From positions 684 to 64,683 of the forward strand of contig JBBQXJ010000016.1 of assembly GCA_038209745.1 (NCBI GenBank): 64,000 nucleotides of DNA, written 5' to 3'. This DNA comes from Verrucomicrobiota bacterium. GTDB taxonomy: Bacteria > Verrucomicrobiota > Verrucomicrobiia > Limisphaerales > CANJSG01. The notes beneath the pieces are model-generated. The model saw only the letters and a list, made by a program, of their open reading frames with translations, ran no database searches and was not told where the DNA came from. Below are positions 8,202-17,122 of the stretch, piece by piece (position 1 is the stretch's first letter; every line of letters begins with the position of its first letter). A program made the position numbers and the translations under genes.

Positions 8202-10079
8202 CTACGGGCGCGGTGGCAGCGAACGGGAGTTTGCCGGCGACTTGTTCCCCAAGACCCTTCCCAACGCCGCGACCGTGAACACCACCGGGTACAGCCGCTC
8301 GAAATACCAAAGCTTGGCGAAGTAGAAGCCGATCGGGCTCGGCTGCGTCCACGTGCCCGCTTCCACCCGCTGGACCAGCCACTCCGTTCCTCGTTCGACC
8401 GCCGCCCGGCTTCCGGCGTGCGCCGCCAACGCTTCCACCGCCAAGGCCGTTTCCTCCACGTTGCCCCAGCCACCGTCCGCGCCTTGCCGACCGATCAACC
8501 ACTCCGCCGCTCTGGCGGCCGACTTCGGGGCCGCGCCGATCTCGGCCAAGGCGAGAAGCACACGCGACGTGCCGTAGACGCGGTTGCTCTCGTCCGGTTC
8601 TGCTTCATTGCCGAACCACAGCGGACACCACGCTCCGCCGGGTTCCTGATGCTCCGCGAGAAAGTGCACCGCCCGCTTGCGGGCCCCGTCGATCCAGGCT
8701 CCAAGTTCGACCGGCAACAGCGGCCGCCACGCCGCCCAAGCCCGCAGCGCGTGGGCCGTCAGATCGTTGCTGCTGCGGTCGAACGGCAACCGGCCCCAGC
8801 CGCGACAGAACGTCGGAATACCACCATCGGCGTTCTGGAGATCGAGCAGCCAGGTCACACCCGCCGCCGCCGCGTCCAAGTTGCGCGCATCGGGTTCGGC
8901 CAGGACCCGGAGCGCCAGCAGCGCACCCGGCGTATCGTCCGCATCCGGCACAGCGCCGGGCAAATCGGTCCACGCCCAACCGCCCGGCGCGGCATTGGTG
9001 TAGGGATGGCGGACACGGTATTGCTGGTCGAGCAGCCAGTCCTTCACCCGATCACGTTCGCCCAAACCGAAACCAAAGATGGACACAGATGGACACAGAT
9101 CCGGCGCGACTGGTTCGCCGGTTTTCATCTGTGTGAATCTGTGTCCATCTGTGGTTGAAGAATTCCCCGCCGTGAGCGCGTGGACCGACAAGCTCGTCAC
9201 CCACGTCGCCAAGTTCGTGTCGATCTGCCAACTGCCGTCGGGTTGGACCGACGCCTCCAAAAAGCTCAGCCCGCGCCGCACGACCGGATGCGCCGCTTGG
9301 CCGCTGGCCACCAGACTCATGGTCACGAAGCCGGTGAGAGGAGTGGCTTCGAGAAATCCACCGTTGGGAGGCTGGATCGAGTCCAGCACCTGGAACGCCC
9401 GCTTGGCCGCCGCGTGGCGCAGCCATTTCCAGCCTGCGGTCGGAGCGTGGAAATGCCGCGCATACCCGATCGCGATCAGCGCCGGCAGCGCGTAGCTGAC
9501 GACCGGCAGCCGCAGCGCCGCGAACCAGTTCGGTGGACACACCGCCAGCTCGAACGGCAGCGGGATCACGTGTCGCCACGCCTGCGGACCACTGCCGAAT
9601 CGTCCAGACAAAGCGCACAGCGTCAGGATTGGGACGGAGAACGTCCGGTCGTCGCCGTAGCGTTCCAGGATCTTGGCGGCGAGGGCATCTGGAGTCACCG
9701 CACCGCAACGATCCACCAGCCACGCCTCTGCCGAGGTCAGCGTCAGAGCAAATTCTTCCATCCGCTCCGGGCGAAGGTTGAAAGCCGCCCAGACCAAGGT
9801 GGTGGTGCTGACATTGCTCCGGCTGAGGATCGTGTCGCCCCATCCCCCATCCGAGTTGGCGTGGGCCGCCAGCCACCGAAGTCCGCGCTCGGTCAGCAGA
9901 TTTGCCCGATCCATCGCCATCGCTCCATGTCTCGCTGCCAAGCCGATGGCCACGACGGCCGTGGCGGTCGAAAGAGCGCTGGCCGACAGCTCGCCGGTCC
10001 AGTGCCCCGCTTCGTTCCGCTCGCTCAGCAAATGCGCGCGGGCGGTTTCGTAGGCTTGTTGGAGACGGGCGCGGTTCAC
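8202..10079 (-). CDS. shc: squalene-hopene cyclase
   Basis: QW-type repeats (QPDGSW, ADGGW, GGAW, DGGWG) and catalytic DxDD (VPDADDTPG). The N-terminus in the ORF track runs through an intergenic REP element. A GTG at 10079 (VNRARLQQAYETARAHLL) is proposed as the start but is uncertain. Confidence 0.85.
   Translation of the reverse strand: MNRARLQQAYETARAHLLSERNEAGHWTGELSASALSTATAVVAIGLAARHGAMAMDRANLLTERGLRWLAAHANSDGGWGDTILSRSNVSTTTLVWAAFNLRPERMEEFALTLTSAEAWLVDRCGAVTPDALAAKILERYGDDRTFSVPILTLCALSGRFGSGPQAWRHVIPLPFELAVCPPNWFAALRLPVVSYALPALIAIGYARHFHAPTAGWKWLRHAAAKRAFQVLDSIQPPNGGFLEATPLTGFVTMSLVASGQAAHPVVRRGLSFLEASVQPDGSWQIDTNLATWVTSLSVHALTAGNSSTTDGHRFTQMKTGEPVAPDLCPSVSIFGFGLGERDRVKDWLLDQQYRVRHPYTNAAPGGWAWTDLPGAVPDADDTPGALLALRVLAEPDARNLDAAAAGVTWLLDLQNADGGIPTFCRGWGRLPFDRSSNDLTAHALRAWAAWRPLLPVELGAWIDGARKRAVHFLAEHQEPGGAWCPLWFGNEAEPDESNRVYGTSRVLLALAEIGAAPKSAARAAEWLIGRQGADGGWGNVEETALAVEALAAHAGSRAAVERGTEWLVQRVEAGTWTQPSPIGFYFAKLWYFERLYPVVFTVAALGRVLGNKSPANSRSLPPRP
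9079..9154. repeat. REP-like inverted repeat (GATGGACACAGATGGACACAGAT ... ATCTGTGTGAATCTGTGTCCATCTGTGG) inside shc
   Basis: Inverted arms read directly from the sequence. On the shc strand it translates to TTDGHRFTQMKTGEPVAPDLCPSVSIFGF, and on the plus strand to the 'HRWTQI...SVSICG'-type peptide. Confidence 0.75.
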
Positions 10080-10151
10080 TGGGCGACATCGGACAGGATA
10101 CGATCGGAGGACCGCAAGCCTTCCGACTGAGATACCCCCACGGAAGGCAGA

Positions 10152-10221
10152 CACGAATTTCACGAATCCACACGAATTTGGACGAGCCAAATTCGATTCG
10201 TGGCAATCCGTGAAATCCGTG
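10152..10221. repeat. REP-like inverted repeat (CACGAATTTCACGAATCCACACGAATTTGG / CCAAATTCGATTCGTGGCAATCCGTGAAATCCGTG)
   Basis: Imperfect arms of about 30 bp in the shc/hrpA divergent intergenic region. It accounts for the spurious N-terminal extensions of both ORFs in the track. Confidence 0.75.
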
Positions 10222-10283
10222 CCGCCTTCGGTCTGCAACATCCTTGTTCACGTTGGCCGGTCTTCCGGTATTCTCGCCCGACT

Positions 10284-13200
10284 GTGAACGACCCGCGCAT
10301 CGCCGAACTCCGCTCGTTGCTCCCCCGGGCCATGCTGCCTGACTGGGTGCGCATCGGAGCGCGCGCGGTCCGGCTCTTCAAGGATCGGCTGCATCCGGAC
10401 CGGCACGACGCTGTCTTCAGCCGCCTGATCGAACAGGTCCACGCCTCGGTGGCGCTCCGCGAGCAGCGCCGGTTGGCCGTGCCGGCCGTTTCCTACCCAA
10501 GCGCGCTCCCGATCACGTCGCGCAAGGACGAGATCGTCGCCGCGATCCGGGCGAACCAAGTGATCGTGCTCGCGGGCGAAACGGGTTCCGGCAAGACGAC
10601 GCAGATTCCCAAGATGTGCCTCGAAGCGGGCCTCGGCATCGAGGCCAAGATCGGCTGCACCCAGCCCCGCCGCGTGGCCGCGCTCTCCATCTCCAAGCGC
10701 ATCGCGGAGGAGCTGGGCGTCGGCTGGGGCCGCGAGGTCGGCTGCAAGATCCGCTTCGACGACCGGTCGAGTTCCGCGACCTACATCAGGCTGATGACCG
10801 ACGGCATCCTCTTGGCCGAGGCGCAGGGCGATCCGCAGTTGTCGGAATACAACGCGATCATCATCGACGAGGCGCACGAGCGGTCGTTGAACATCGATTT
10901 CTTGCTCGGCCATCTGAAGAACCTGCTGGTCGAGCGCAAGGATCTGAAGCTGATCGTGACGTCGGCGACGATCGATTTGCAGGCGTTCTCGAAGCATTTC
11001 AACGATGCGCCGATCATCGAGGTCTCGGGGCGAATGTATCCGGTGGAGGTGATCCATGCGCCGTTCGACCATGAGCCGGATTCGGAGGAGGAGAACGCGG
11101 AGAACTTCAATCGCCCGGCGGCAAAGCCCTTCTCCCCTCCGAGGGGAGAAGGGTTGGAGGCAACGGATTCATTGGAGTTCTCCGAGCTTTCCGGCAGCCC
11201 CCTCACCCCGGCCCTCGCCCCCGATGGAGGCGAGGGGGCCCGCATTGGCGCGTCCATCCGTTCCCGCCTCCGCTCCTCCGGTGGCGATCTGACCTATGTG
11301 GACGCCAGCGTCTCCGCCACCGAGACCATTCTCTACGGCACCCACAGCGGCGACGTGCTCATCTTCCTCCCCGGCGAACGCGACATCCGCGAATGCGCCG
11401 ACCAGCTGGAAGGCCGGTTCTCCGGAGACGCGGAGATCGTCCCGCTCTTCGGCCGTCTCAGCGCCGGCGACCAACAACGCGTCTTCGCTCCGAGCCATCG
11501 CCGCAAGATCGTCATCGCGACGAACATCGCCGAGACCTCGCTGACCATTCCCGGCATCCGCTACGTGATCGACGCCGGCTTGGCACGCATCAGCCGCTAC
11601 AGCCCCCGGACCCGGACGCGGCGACTGCCGATCGAGCCCGTTTCCCAGAGCAGCGCGAACCAGCGCAAGGGCCGTTCCGGGCGGGTCGAGGACGGCGTCT
11701 GCATCCGCCTCTACAGCGAGGAGGATTTCAAGGCCCGGCCCGCCTTTACCCAGCCGGAGATCCAGCGGTCGAACCTCGCCGAAGTGATCCTTCGGATGAA
11801 GGCGTTCCGGTTCGGCGACATCGAGACCTTCCCCTTCCTCCAGCCGCCGACGCCCGCCGCCATCGCCACCGGATACGCTCTGCTCCAGGAGCTCGGCGCC
11901 CTCGATGCGAAACGCGACCTGACCCAGCTCGGCCGGGATCTGGCGCGCTTGCCGATCGATCCGACGCTCGGTCGCATGCTCCTCCAGGCGCAGGGAGAAG
12001 GGGCCAACCGAGAGCTGCTGATCATCGCTTCCGGACTGAGCATCCAGGATCCGCGCGAACGGCCGATGGACCAGAAGGACGCCGCCAACGCCGCGCACAA
12101 ACGTTTCGCGGATCCGGGTTCGGACTTCCTCAGCCTGCTGAACATCTGGAACGCGGTGCATGAACAGTGGGAGGCGCTCCGCACCCAGGGCGCGCGCCGC
12201 AAGTTCTGCAAACAGCACTTCCTCTCCTATCTCCGGATGCGCGAGTGGCAGGATCTGCACTCGCAGCTGGAAGGGGCTTTGAAGGACACCGTAGGCCGGG
12301 CCTCCCTGCCGGGCAGAAGCGGCAGGACGGCGGCTCCCGCCGAACCGCCGGTGGGCCGCACGAACGACGGCTCCGCCGCAACGGCAACTCCCGGACGTTC
12401 CGGAGTCGCCAGTGAAGCCGTTTTCATGGCATCGAGTCATCCGGACGGCTCTGCGGAAACTGTCGCCCTGCCTCAGGAAGCCGACCGCACCCGCCAACGC
12501 CGCAAGCCCACTGGGGAGGAACTCTACGACGCGATTCATCGCTCGATTCTTGCGGGACTCATCGGCCATGTGGCCCGGCGCGAGGAGCGCAACGCCTACA
12601 AAGGTTCGGGCAACCGTCTGCTCACGGTCTTCCCCGGCTCGGCCCTCTACGAACGCGGCGAGCCGAAGAAGAAGACCGCCCATGACCGGCGCCAACGGGA
12701 GGACGTGGCCGAAAAAGAAAAGACCCGCCAGCCTGCCTGGATCGTGGCCGGCGAGATCGTCGAAACGTCGCAGCTTTTCGCCCGCACCCTGGCCGGCATC
12801 GATCCGCAATGGATCGCCCAGATCGCGCCCCATTGCTGCAGGGTCACGCACCAGAACCCGCATTGGAGCGCGGCCGCCGGCCGGGTGATGGTCGAGGAAA
12901 TCTCCACCCTGCACGGCCTCGAAGTCGCCCGGCGCAAGGTCGCCTATGCGAACATCAATCCGGCCGACGCGACCAAGATCTTCCTGCGCTCGGCCTTGGT
13001 GGAGGGCGACCTCTTTCCGCCCATCCGTAGCCGCCGAGGTGACGATGCGGACCTCCCCTCACCCGGCCTATCGGCCACCCTCTCCCCATCGGATGGGGAG
13101 AGGGACGGGGTGAGGGACTTCTCCCAATACCCCTTCCTCGCGCACAACCGCGGCATCCGCCAAAAGATCGAGAACTGGCAAACCCGCGTCCGCCGCTACG

Positions 13201-14840
13201 AACTCGGGGATCTCGACCAGGCGATGGTCGGATTCTATGCCGCCAGAATTGCCGACGCCGTCGTGGCTTCCCGGGACGAGCTGAACCGCTGGCTGCGCGA
13301 AGCGGGTCGTGCAGATTCGCTCCGAGCCACCGAAGCCGATCTGATCGGCGACCTGAAGCTGGACTTCGACACGGAAGCCTTTCCGGATGCCATCCGCGTG
13401 CACGAAATCGCCCTGCCGCTTCGCTACGCCTACGCGCCCGGCGAAGAATGGGACGGAGTCACCATCCAGCTTCCCGCCGAGATCGCAGCCTCCATGTCGC
13501 CCGCCGCTTTGGAGTGGGCCGTGCCCGGTCTGCGCAGCGAGCAGGCTTTGGAGCTCTTGCGCTCCCTGCCGAAGACCCTCCGCCGCGAGCTCATGCCGCT
13601 GCAGGAAAGGGCCGCCGAGATCGCCCTCGAATTCCAGCCTTCAGGCCCTTCCTTGAAAGAAGATCTGGGTCGGTTCATCCACCGACGATACAGCATCGAG
13701 ATCCCGCCCTCGTCGTGGTCCGCCGAAGCGATTCCTGCTCACCTGCGGCCCCGTGTGGAAATCGTCGATCACCGACGCAAACCGATCGCCGTCGGAAGGG
13801 ATCTGGAAGCGCTGAAGGACAAGCTCGTCAATGTCCCGCAGAAACCCGCCGCGCCCTCCAACGCCTGGCGGCTTGTCACGGAACGATGGGAACGCCCGGC
13901 GGTCGGGGGGTGGACCTTCGGCGACCTGCCCGAGCGGATCGAAGTCACCGGCGACCCCTCGGGTGCGATGACCGCCTGGCCCGGGCTGCAGGTCGAAGAC
14001 AAAACCGTCGGCGTCCGCCTCTTCCGGACCGCCGAAGCCGCTCGACAAGCGGGCGCGAACGGCTTGCCGAGGTTGATCGAACTGGCCCTCCAGAAGGACC
14101 TTGCCTGGGTGCAGAAAGATCTGCGCACTTTCAGCAAGTTTTCCGCCGCCTACGCGCCGCTGGGATCGAGCGACGACCTCCAGGAAAGCGCTTTTGCACA
14201 CATCCGCCGCCTCGTAATGCCCAAGGCTCCCCTGCCCGCTCTGACCAAGGCCGCGTTCGATGCCGCCGTCGAGCAGACGCGCGAACAACTGCGCGGAGCG
14301 GTCCAGCGCCTCGCCGAGCGACTGGGCCCGATCCTCCAGCTCCGCCAACAGATCGTGGAGCGTCTTGGCGGCGCCATTCCACCTTCGCTCGTGAAGGCGC
14401 CGATCAAGTCGCTGGATGCCCTCACTCTTTTTTCCGCCAAGCCGGCTGCTCCGAAAGCGACCACCACCGCTGCAACGAGTCCTTTGGCCAACGAGCTCTT
14501 CGCGCTGTTGCCGCCGCGGTTCCTCGAGACGATTCCGTCCGAGCGCCTGCCGCAGCTGCCCCGCTATTTGAAGGCGCTGCTGCTGAGGATCGAACGCGCC
14601 GCCGGCAATCCTCCGAAGGAACAGGAGCGGGCGAACCAGGTCGCGCCCTACGTCGCCGCGAGGAAGCAACTCGCCGCGACGCCGCCGAAGTCGGACGAAG
14701 GCCGGGCCTTGGCCGAGGAGTTCCGTTGGATGGTCGAAGAGTTCAAGGTCTCGCTCTTCGCGCAGGAACTGGGGACCGCCCAGCCCGTTTCGCCGAAGCG
14801 GTTGGACGAACACCTGGAGCGCCTCCGGATGACCCGGTGA
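10284..14840 (+). CDS. hrpA: ATP-dependent RNA helicase HrpA (DEAH-box), with three extra segments
   Basis: GETGSGKTTQIP, DEAH (IIIDEAHERS), TSATID, TNIAETSLTIPGI, QRKGRSGR, plus the long HrpA-type C-terminal region. Start proposed at GTG 10284 (VNDPRIAELRSLL); an alternative ATG is at 10332. Confidence 0.9.
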   Translation: MNDPRIAELRSLLPRAMLPDWVRIGARAVRLFKDRLHPDRHDAVFSRLIEQVHASVALREQRRLAVPAVSYPSALPITSRKDEIVAAIRANQVIVLAGETGSGKTTQIPKMCLEAGLGIEAKIGCTQPRRVAALSISKRIAEELGVGWGREVGCKIRFDDRSSSATYIRLMTDGILLAEAQGDPQLSEYNAIIIDEAHERSLNIDFLLGHLKNLLVERKDLKLIVTSATIDLQAFSKHFNDAPIIEVSGRMYPVEVIHAPFDHEPDSEEENAENFNRPAAKPFSPPRGEGLEATDSLEFSELSGSPLTPALAPDGGEGARIGASIRSRLRSSGGDLTYVDASVSATETILYGTHSGDVLIFLPGERDIRECADQLEGRFSGDAEIVPLFGRLSAGDQQRVFAPSHRRKIVIATNIAETSLTIPGIRYVIDAGLARISRYSPRTRTRRLPIEPVSQSSANQRKGRSGRVEDGVCIRLYSEEDFKARPAFTQPEIQRSNLAEVILRMKAFRFGDIETFPFLQPPTPAAIATGYALLQELGALDAKRDLTQLGRDLARLPIDPTLGRMLLQAQGEGANRELLIIASGLSIQDPRERPMDQKDAANAAHKRFADPGSDFLSLLNIWNAVHEQWEALRTQGARRKFCKQHFLSYLRMREWQDLHSQLEGALKDTVGRASLPGRSGRTAAPAEPPVGRTNDGSAATATPGRSGVASEAVFMASSHPDGSAETVALPQEADRTRQRRKPTGEELYDAIHRSILAGLIGHVARREERNAYKGSGNRLLTVFPGSALYERGEPKKKTAHDRRQREDVAEKEKTRQPAWIVAGEIVETSQLFARTLAGIDPQWIAQIAPHCCRVTHQNPHWSAAAGRVMVEEISTLHGLEVARRKVAYANINPADATKIFLRSALVEGDLFPPIRSRRGDDADLPSPGLSATLSPSDGERDGVRDFSQYPFLAHNRGIRQKIENWQTRVRRYELGDLDQAMVGFYAARIADAVVASRDELNRWLREAGRADSLRATEADLIGDLKLDFDTEAFPDAIRVHEIALPLRYAYAPGEEWDGVTIQLPAEIAASMSPAALEWAVPGLRSEQALELLRSLPKTLRRELMPLQERAAEIALEFQPSGPSLKEDLGRFIHRRYSIEIPPSSWSAEAIPAHLRPRVEIVDHRRKPIAVGRDLEALKDKLVNVPQKPAAPSNAWRLVTERWERPAVGGWTFGDLPERIEVTGDPSGAMTAWPGLQVEDKTVGVRLFRTAEAARQAGANGLPRLIELALQKDLAWVQKDLRTFSKFSAAYAPLGSSDDLQESAFAHIRRLVMPKAPLPALTKAAFDAAVEQTREQLRGAVQRLAERLGPILQLRQQIVERLGGAIPPSLVKAPIKSLDALTLFSAKPAAPKATTTAATSPLANELFALLPPRFLETIPSERLPQLPRYLKALLLRIERAAGNPPKEQERANQVAPYVAARKQLAATPPKSDEGRALAEEFRWMVEEFKVSLFAQELGTAQPVSPKRLDEHLERLRMTR
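11127..11240. repeat. two short palindromes inside hrpA (CCCTTCTCCCCTC-CGA-GGGGAGAAGGG; CCCTCGCC-N9-GGCGAGGG)
   Basis: Read directly from the sequence. They translate in frame as PFSPPRGEGLEA ... SPLTPALAPDGGEGA. Confidence 0.6.
13055..13116. repeat. nested palindromic REP-like element inside hrpA
   Basis: Perfect 13-bp arms (CCCTCTCCCCATC-G-GATGGGGAGAGGG) nested within 9-bp arms (CCCTCACCC ... GGGTGAGGG). Translates in frame as LPSPGLSATLSPSDGERDGVRDF. Confidence 0.8.
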
Positions 14841-14930
14841 GGCGATCCAAGCTTTGCCGACACCCCCGAACCGTTCGCCGCAACAGTTCGGCCATTGCAC
14901 GCTCGGACGACTCGCCACAAAGTCGGCTCC

Positions 14931-15341
14931 ATGATCGTCAAAAAGCTGCTCCATACCCGCTATCGCCTGAACGACCTGGATGCTTCCGTCCGGTTCTACA
15001 CCGAGGTGCTGGGTCTCGAAGTCGTCCGGCGGCACGAGTCGCCGCGCGGCTCGACTCTGGTCTTTCTCAAGACGCCCGGCAGCGAGGAGTTGATCGAGCT
15101 GTGCAGCTTCCCGAGCAGCGGTCCCGTGATGGTGCAGCCGGATCTGACCCATCTGGCCTTCGAGGTGGAAAGTCTGGAGGCGTTCGGGCGGCACTTGGCC
15201 AAACTCGGTCTGAAGTTCTCCGACGGCCCGACGTTGAAGCCCGACGGCCAGAGCGGATTCGCCTTCATCGACGCGCCGGAGGGCTACGAGATAGAGCTGA
15301 TCCAGCGGCCGAAGTCCGACAGCAAGACCGAGTCCTACTGA
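14931..15341 (+). CDS. VOC/glyoxalase I family protein
   Basis: MIVKKLLHTRYRLNDLDASVRFYTEVLGLEV ... THLAFEV ... GYEIELIQ is the typical glyoxalase/bleomycin-resistance fold pattern. Confidence 0.75.
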   Translation: MIVKKLLHTRYRLNDLDASVRFYTEVLGLEVVRRHESPRGSTLVFLKTPGSEELIELCSFPSSGPVMVQPDLTHLAFEVESLEAFGRHLAKLGLKFSDGPTLKPDGQSGFAFIDAPEGYEIELIQRPKSDSKTESY

Positions 15342-15344
15342 GCC

Positions 15345-16289
15345 GTGGCGCCACGGGTATACGACCTCGTCCTGACCCACGCGCTGGACACGGATGACTT
15401 CTTCATCCAGCGCGTGCAGCACCGTTGTGCGGAGGCGGGGCTGAATTTCTTCCTGGTCGAACCCCTCTGGGCCCCCGCCTTCCTCGACGCGCTGCTCCAG
15501 CATCGCGTCGCGGCCCGCGCCTTGGTCAATCTCCACAGCGAGCACCACGCGCCCGAAGACGTTTTTTCCCGGCTCGTGGCCTTGGCCGAGACCCGCGGCG
15601 TCCGGATGATCGATCCTCCTTCAAAGGCTCTACGCGCGTTCGACAAGGCGGCCATGCATCCCCGGTTGATCCATGCCGGGATCCATGTCCCACCGACGAT
15701 CATTTTGGACTCGAAAGCCGCTGCCGAATGGCGACCGGACGAGACTCAGGCCGCGTTGCTGGGATCTCCGTTCGTGATCAAACCCAGTCTCGGATACGGG
15801 CGGCGCGGCGTCGTGCTCGACGCTCTGGGGCCGGCGGATATTGCCCGCTCCCAGGGGGCTTGGCCGGACCGGTCGATCCTGGCCCAAAAGAAGATCGCGC
15901 CCACGCTCCTGGATGGGGAACCGGGCTATTTCCGCGTCTACCACGTGGCCGGAAAGACCTGGGCTTGCTGGTGGAATTGCTTCACGGACCGCTATCGGGA
16001 ACTGACGGCTTCGGACACCGAACGGCTCGGGCTCGGTCCTTTGCATACGATCACCCGCAGGATCGCCGATCTGTCCGGTTTGATCCTGTTCTCGACCGAG
16101 ATCTGCCTCGACCAAGCCGGCGAGTTCGTGGTCATCGACTATGTGAACGACCAGATCCATCTTCTCACCCAGTCCGCCCATCCGGCCATTGGCATGCCCG
16201 ATCGAATCGTGGGTGAAATCGCGGACGCGCTCGTGTCGTTGGTCGTGGAATGGCTCCAGCCGGTGCGGGCGAACCCTTCATCACGATGA
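15345..16289 (+). CDS. ATP-grasp domain protein (RimK-like)
   Basis: GTG start. FVIKPSLGYGRRGV ... ILAQKKI ... FSTEICLDQAGEFVVIDYVNDQ is the ATP-grasp pattern. Its stop overlaps the folP ATG (ATGA, 16286-16289). Confidence 0.65.
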   Translation: MAPRVYDLVLTHALDTDDFFIQRVQHRCAEAGLNFFLVEPLWAPAFLDALLQHRVAARALVNLHSEHHAPEDVFSRLVALAETRGVRMIDPPSKALRAFDKAAMHPRLIHAGIHVPPTIILDSKAAAEWRPDETQAALLGSPFVIKPSLGYGRRGVVLDALGPADIARSQGAWPDRSILAQKKIAPTLLDGEPGYFRVYHVAGKTWACWWNCFTDRYRELTASDTERLGLGPLHTITRRIADLSGLILFSTEICLDQAGEFVVIDYVNDQIHLLTQSAHPAIGMPDRIVGEIADALVSLVVEWLQPVRANPSSR

Positions 16290-17122
16290 TCTGGTCCGGA
16301 CAGCGTTTCCGCTTCGAGTTTCCCCGCCCCGCCTTGGTGATGGGTGTCGTCAATGTCACGCCCGACTCGTTCTCCGACGGAGGAAGGTTCGACCAAACGG
16401 CGGCCGCCGTCTCGCATGCCTTGAAACTGGCGGAGGAAGGCGCGGACCTGCTCGACATCGGCGGCGAATCCACCCGGCCGGACGCGGAACCGGTCCCGGA
16501 GGCCGAGGAAATGGATCGGGTGCTGCCGGTCATCGAGGCTTTGGCCCGGCAAACGAAGGTTCCCATCTCCGTTGATACGATGAAACCCGCCGTGGCCCGA
16601 GCCGCGCTGGCCGCCGGCGCCGCGATCATCAACGACGTGGCCGCGAATCGAACGGACGACGCCCTTTGGCGAATCGTGGCCGACGCCGGAGCGGGCTATG
16701 TGGCCATGCACATGCGCGGAACGCCGCGCACGATGCAGGAAGCGCCGCGCTACTGGGACGTGGTGGCGGAAGTGGACGCTTTTTTCGGAGACCGCCTGGA
16801 GAGGTTGGCAGCATGCGGCGTCGAGGCGGAAAGAGTCGCCCTCGATCCCGGAATAGGTTTCGGTAAGACGTTGGCACACAATTTACAATTGCTCGCCCGG
16901 TTGGACGCTCTTAGAAACCGCAGGCGTCCGCTGCTGGTGGGGATTTCCCGAAAGTCCTTCATCGGTCGCCTGACAGGAGCCGCCGTCGGGGATCGTCTTC
17001 CCGGAAGTCTGGCCGGAGCCTGTTGGGCTGTCGGGCTCGGAGCGGCCATCGTCCGGACCCACGACGTCGCGGCGACTTGCCAAGCCTTCCGGATGACCGC
17101 CGCGCTGAGGGAGCACCGTTGA
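16286..17122 (+). CDS. folP: dihydropteroate synthase
   Basis: VMGVVNVTPDSFSDGG, DIGGESTRP, SVDT, INDV, DPGIGFGK, GISRKSF. Confidence 0.9.
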   Translation: MIWSGQRFRFEFPRPALVMGVVNVTPDSFSDGGRFDQTAAAVSHALKLAEEGADLLDIGGESTRPDAEPVPEAEEMDRVLPVIEALARQTKVPISVDTMKPAVARAALAAGAAIINDVAANRTDDALWRIVADAGAGYVAMHMRGTPRTMQEAPRYWDVVAEVDAFFGDRLERLAACGVEAERVALDPGIGFGKTLAHNLQLLARLDALRNRRRPLLVGISRKSFIGRLTGAAVGDRLPGSLAGACWAVGLGAAIVRTHDVAATCQAFRMTAALREHR

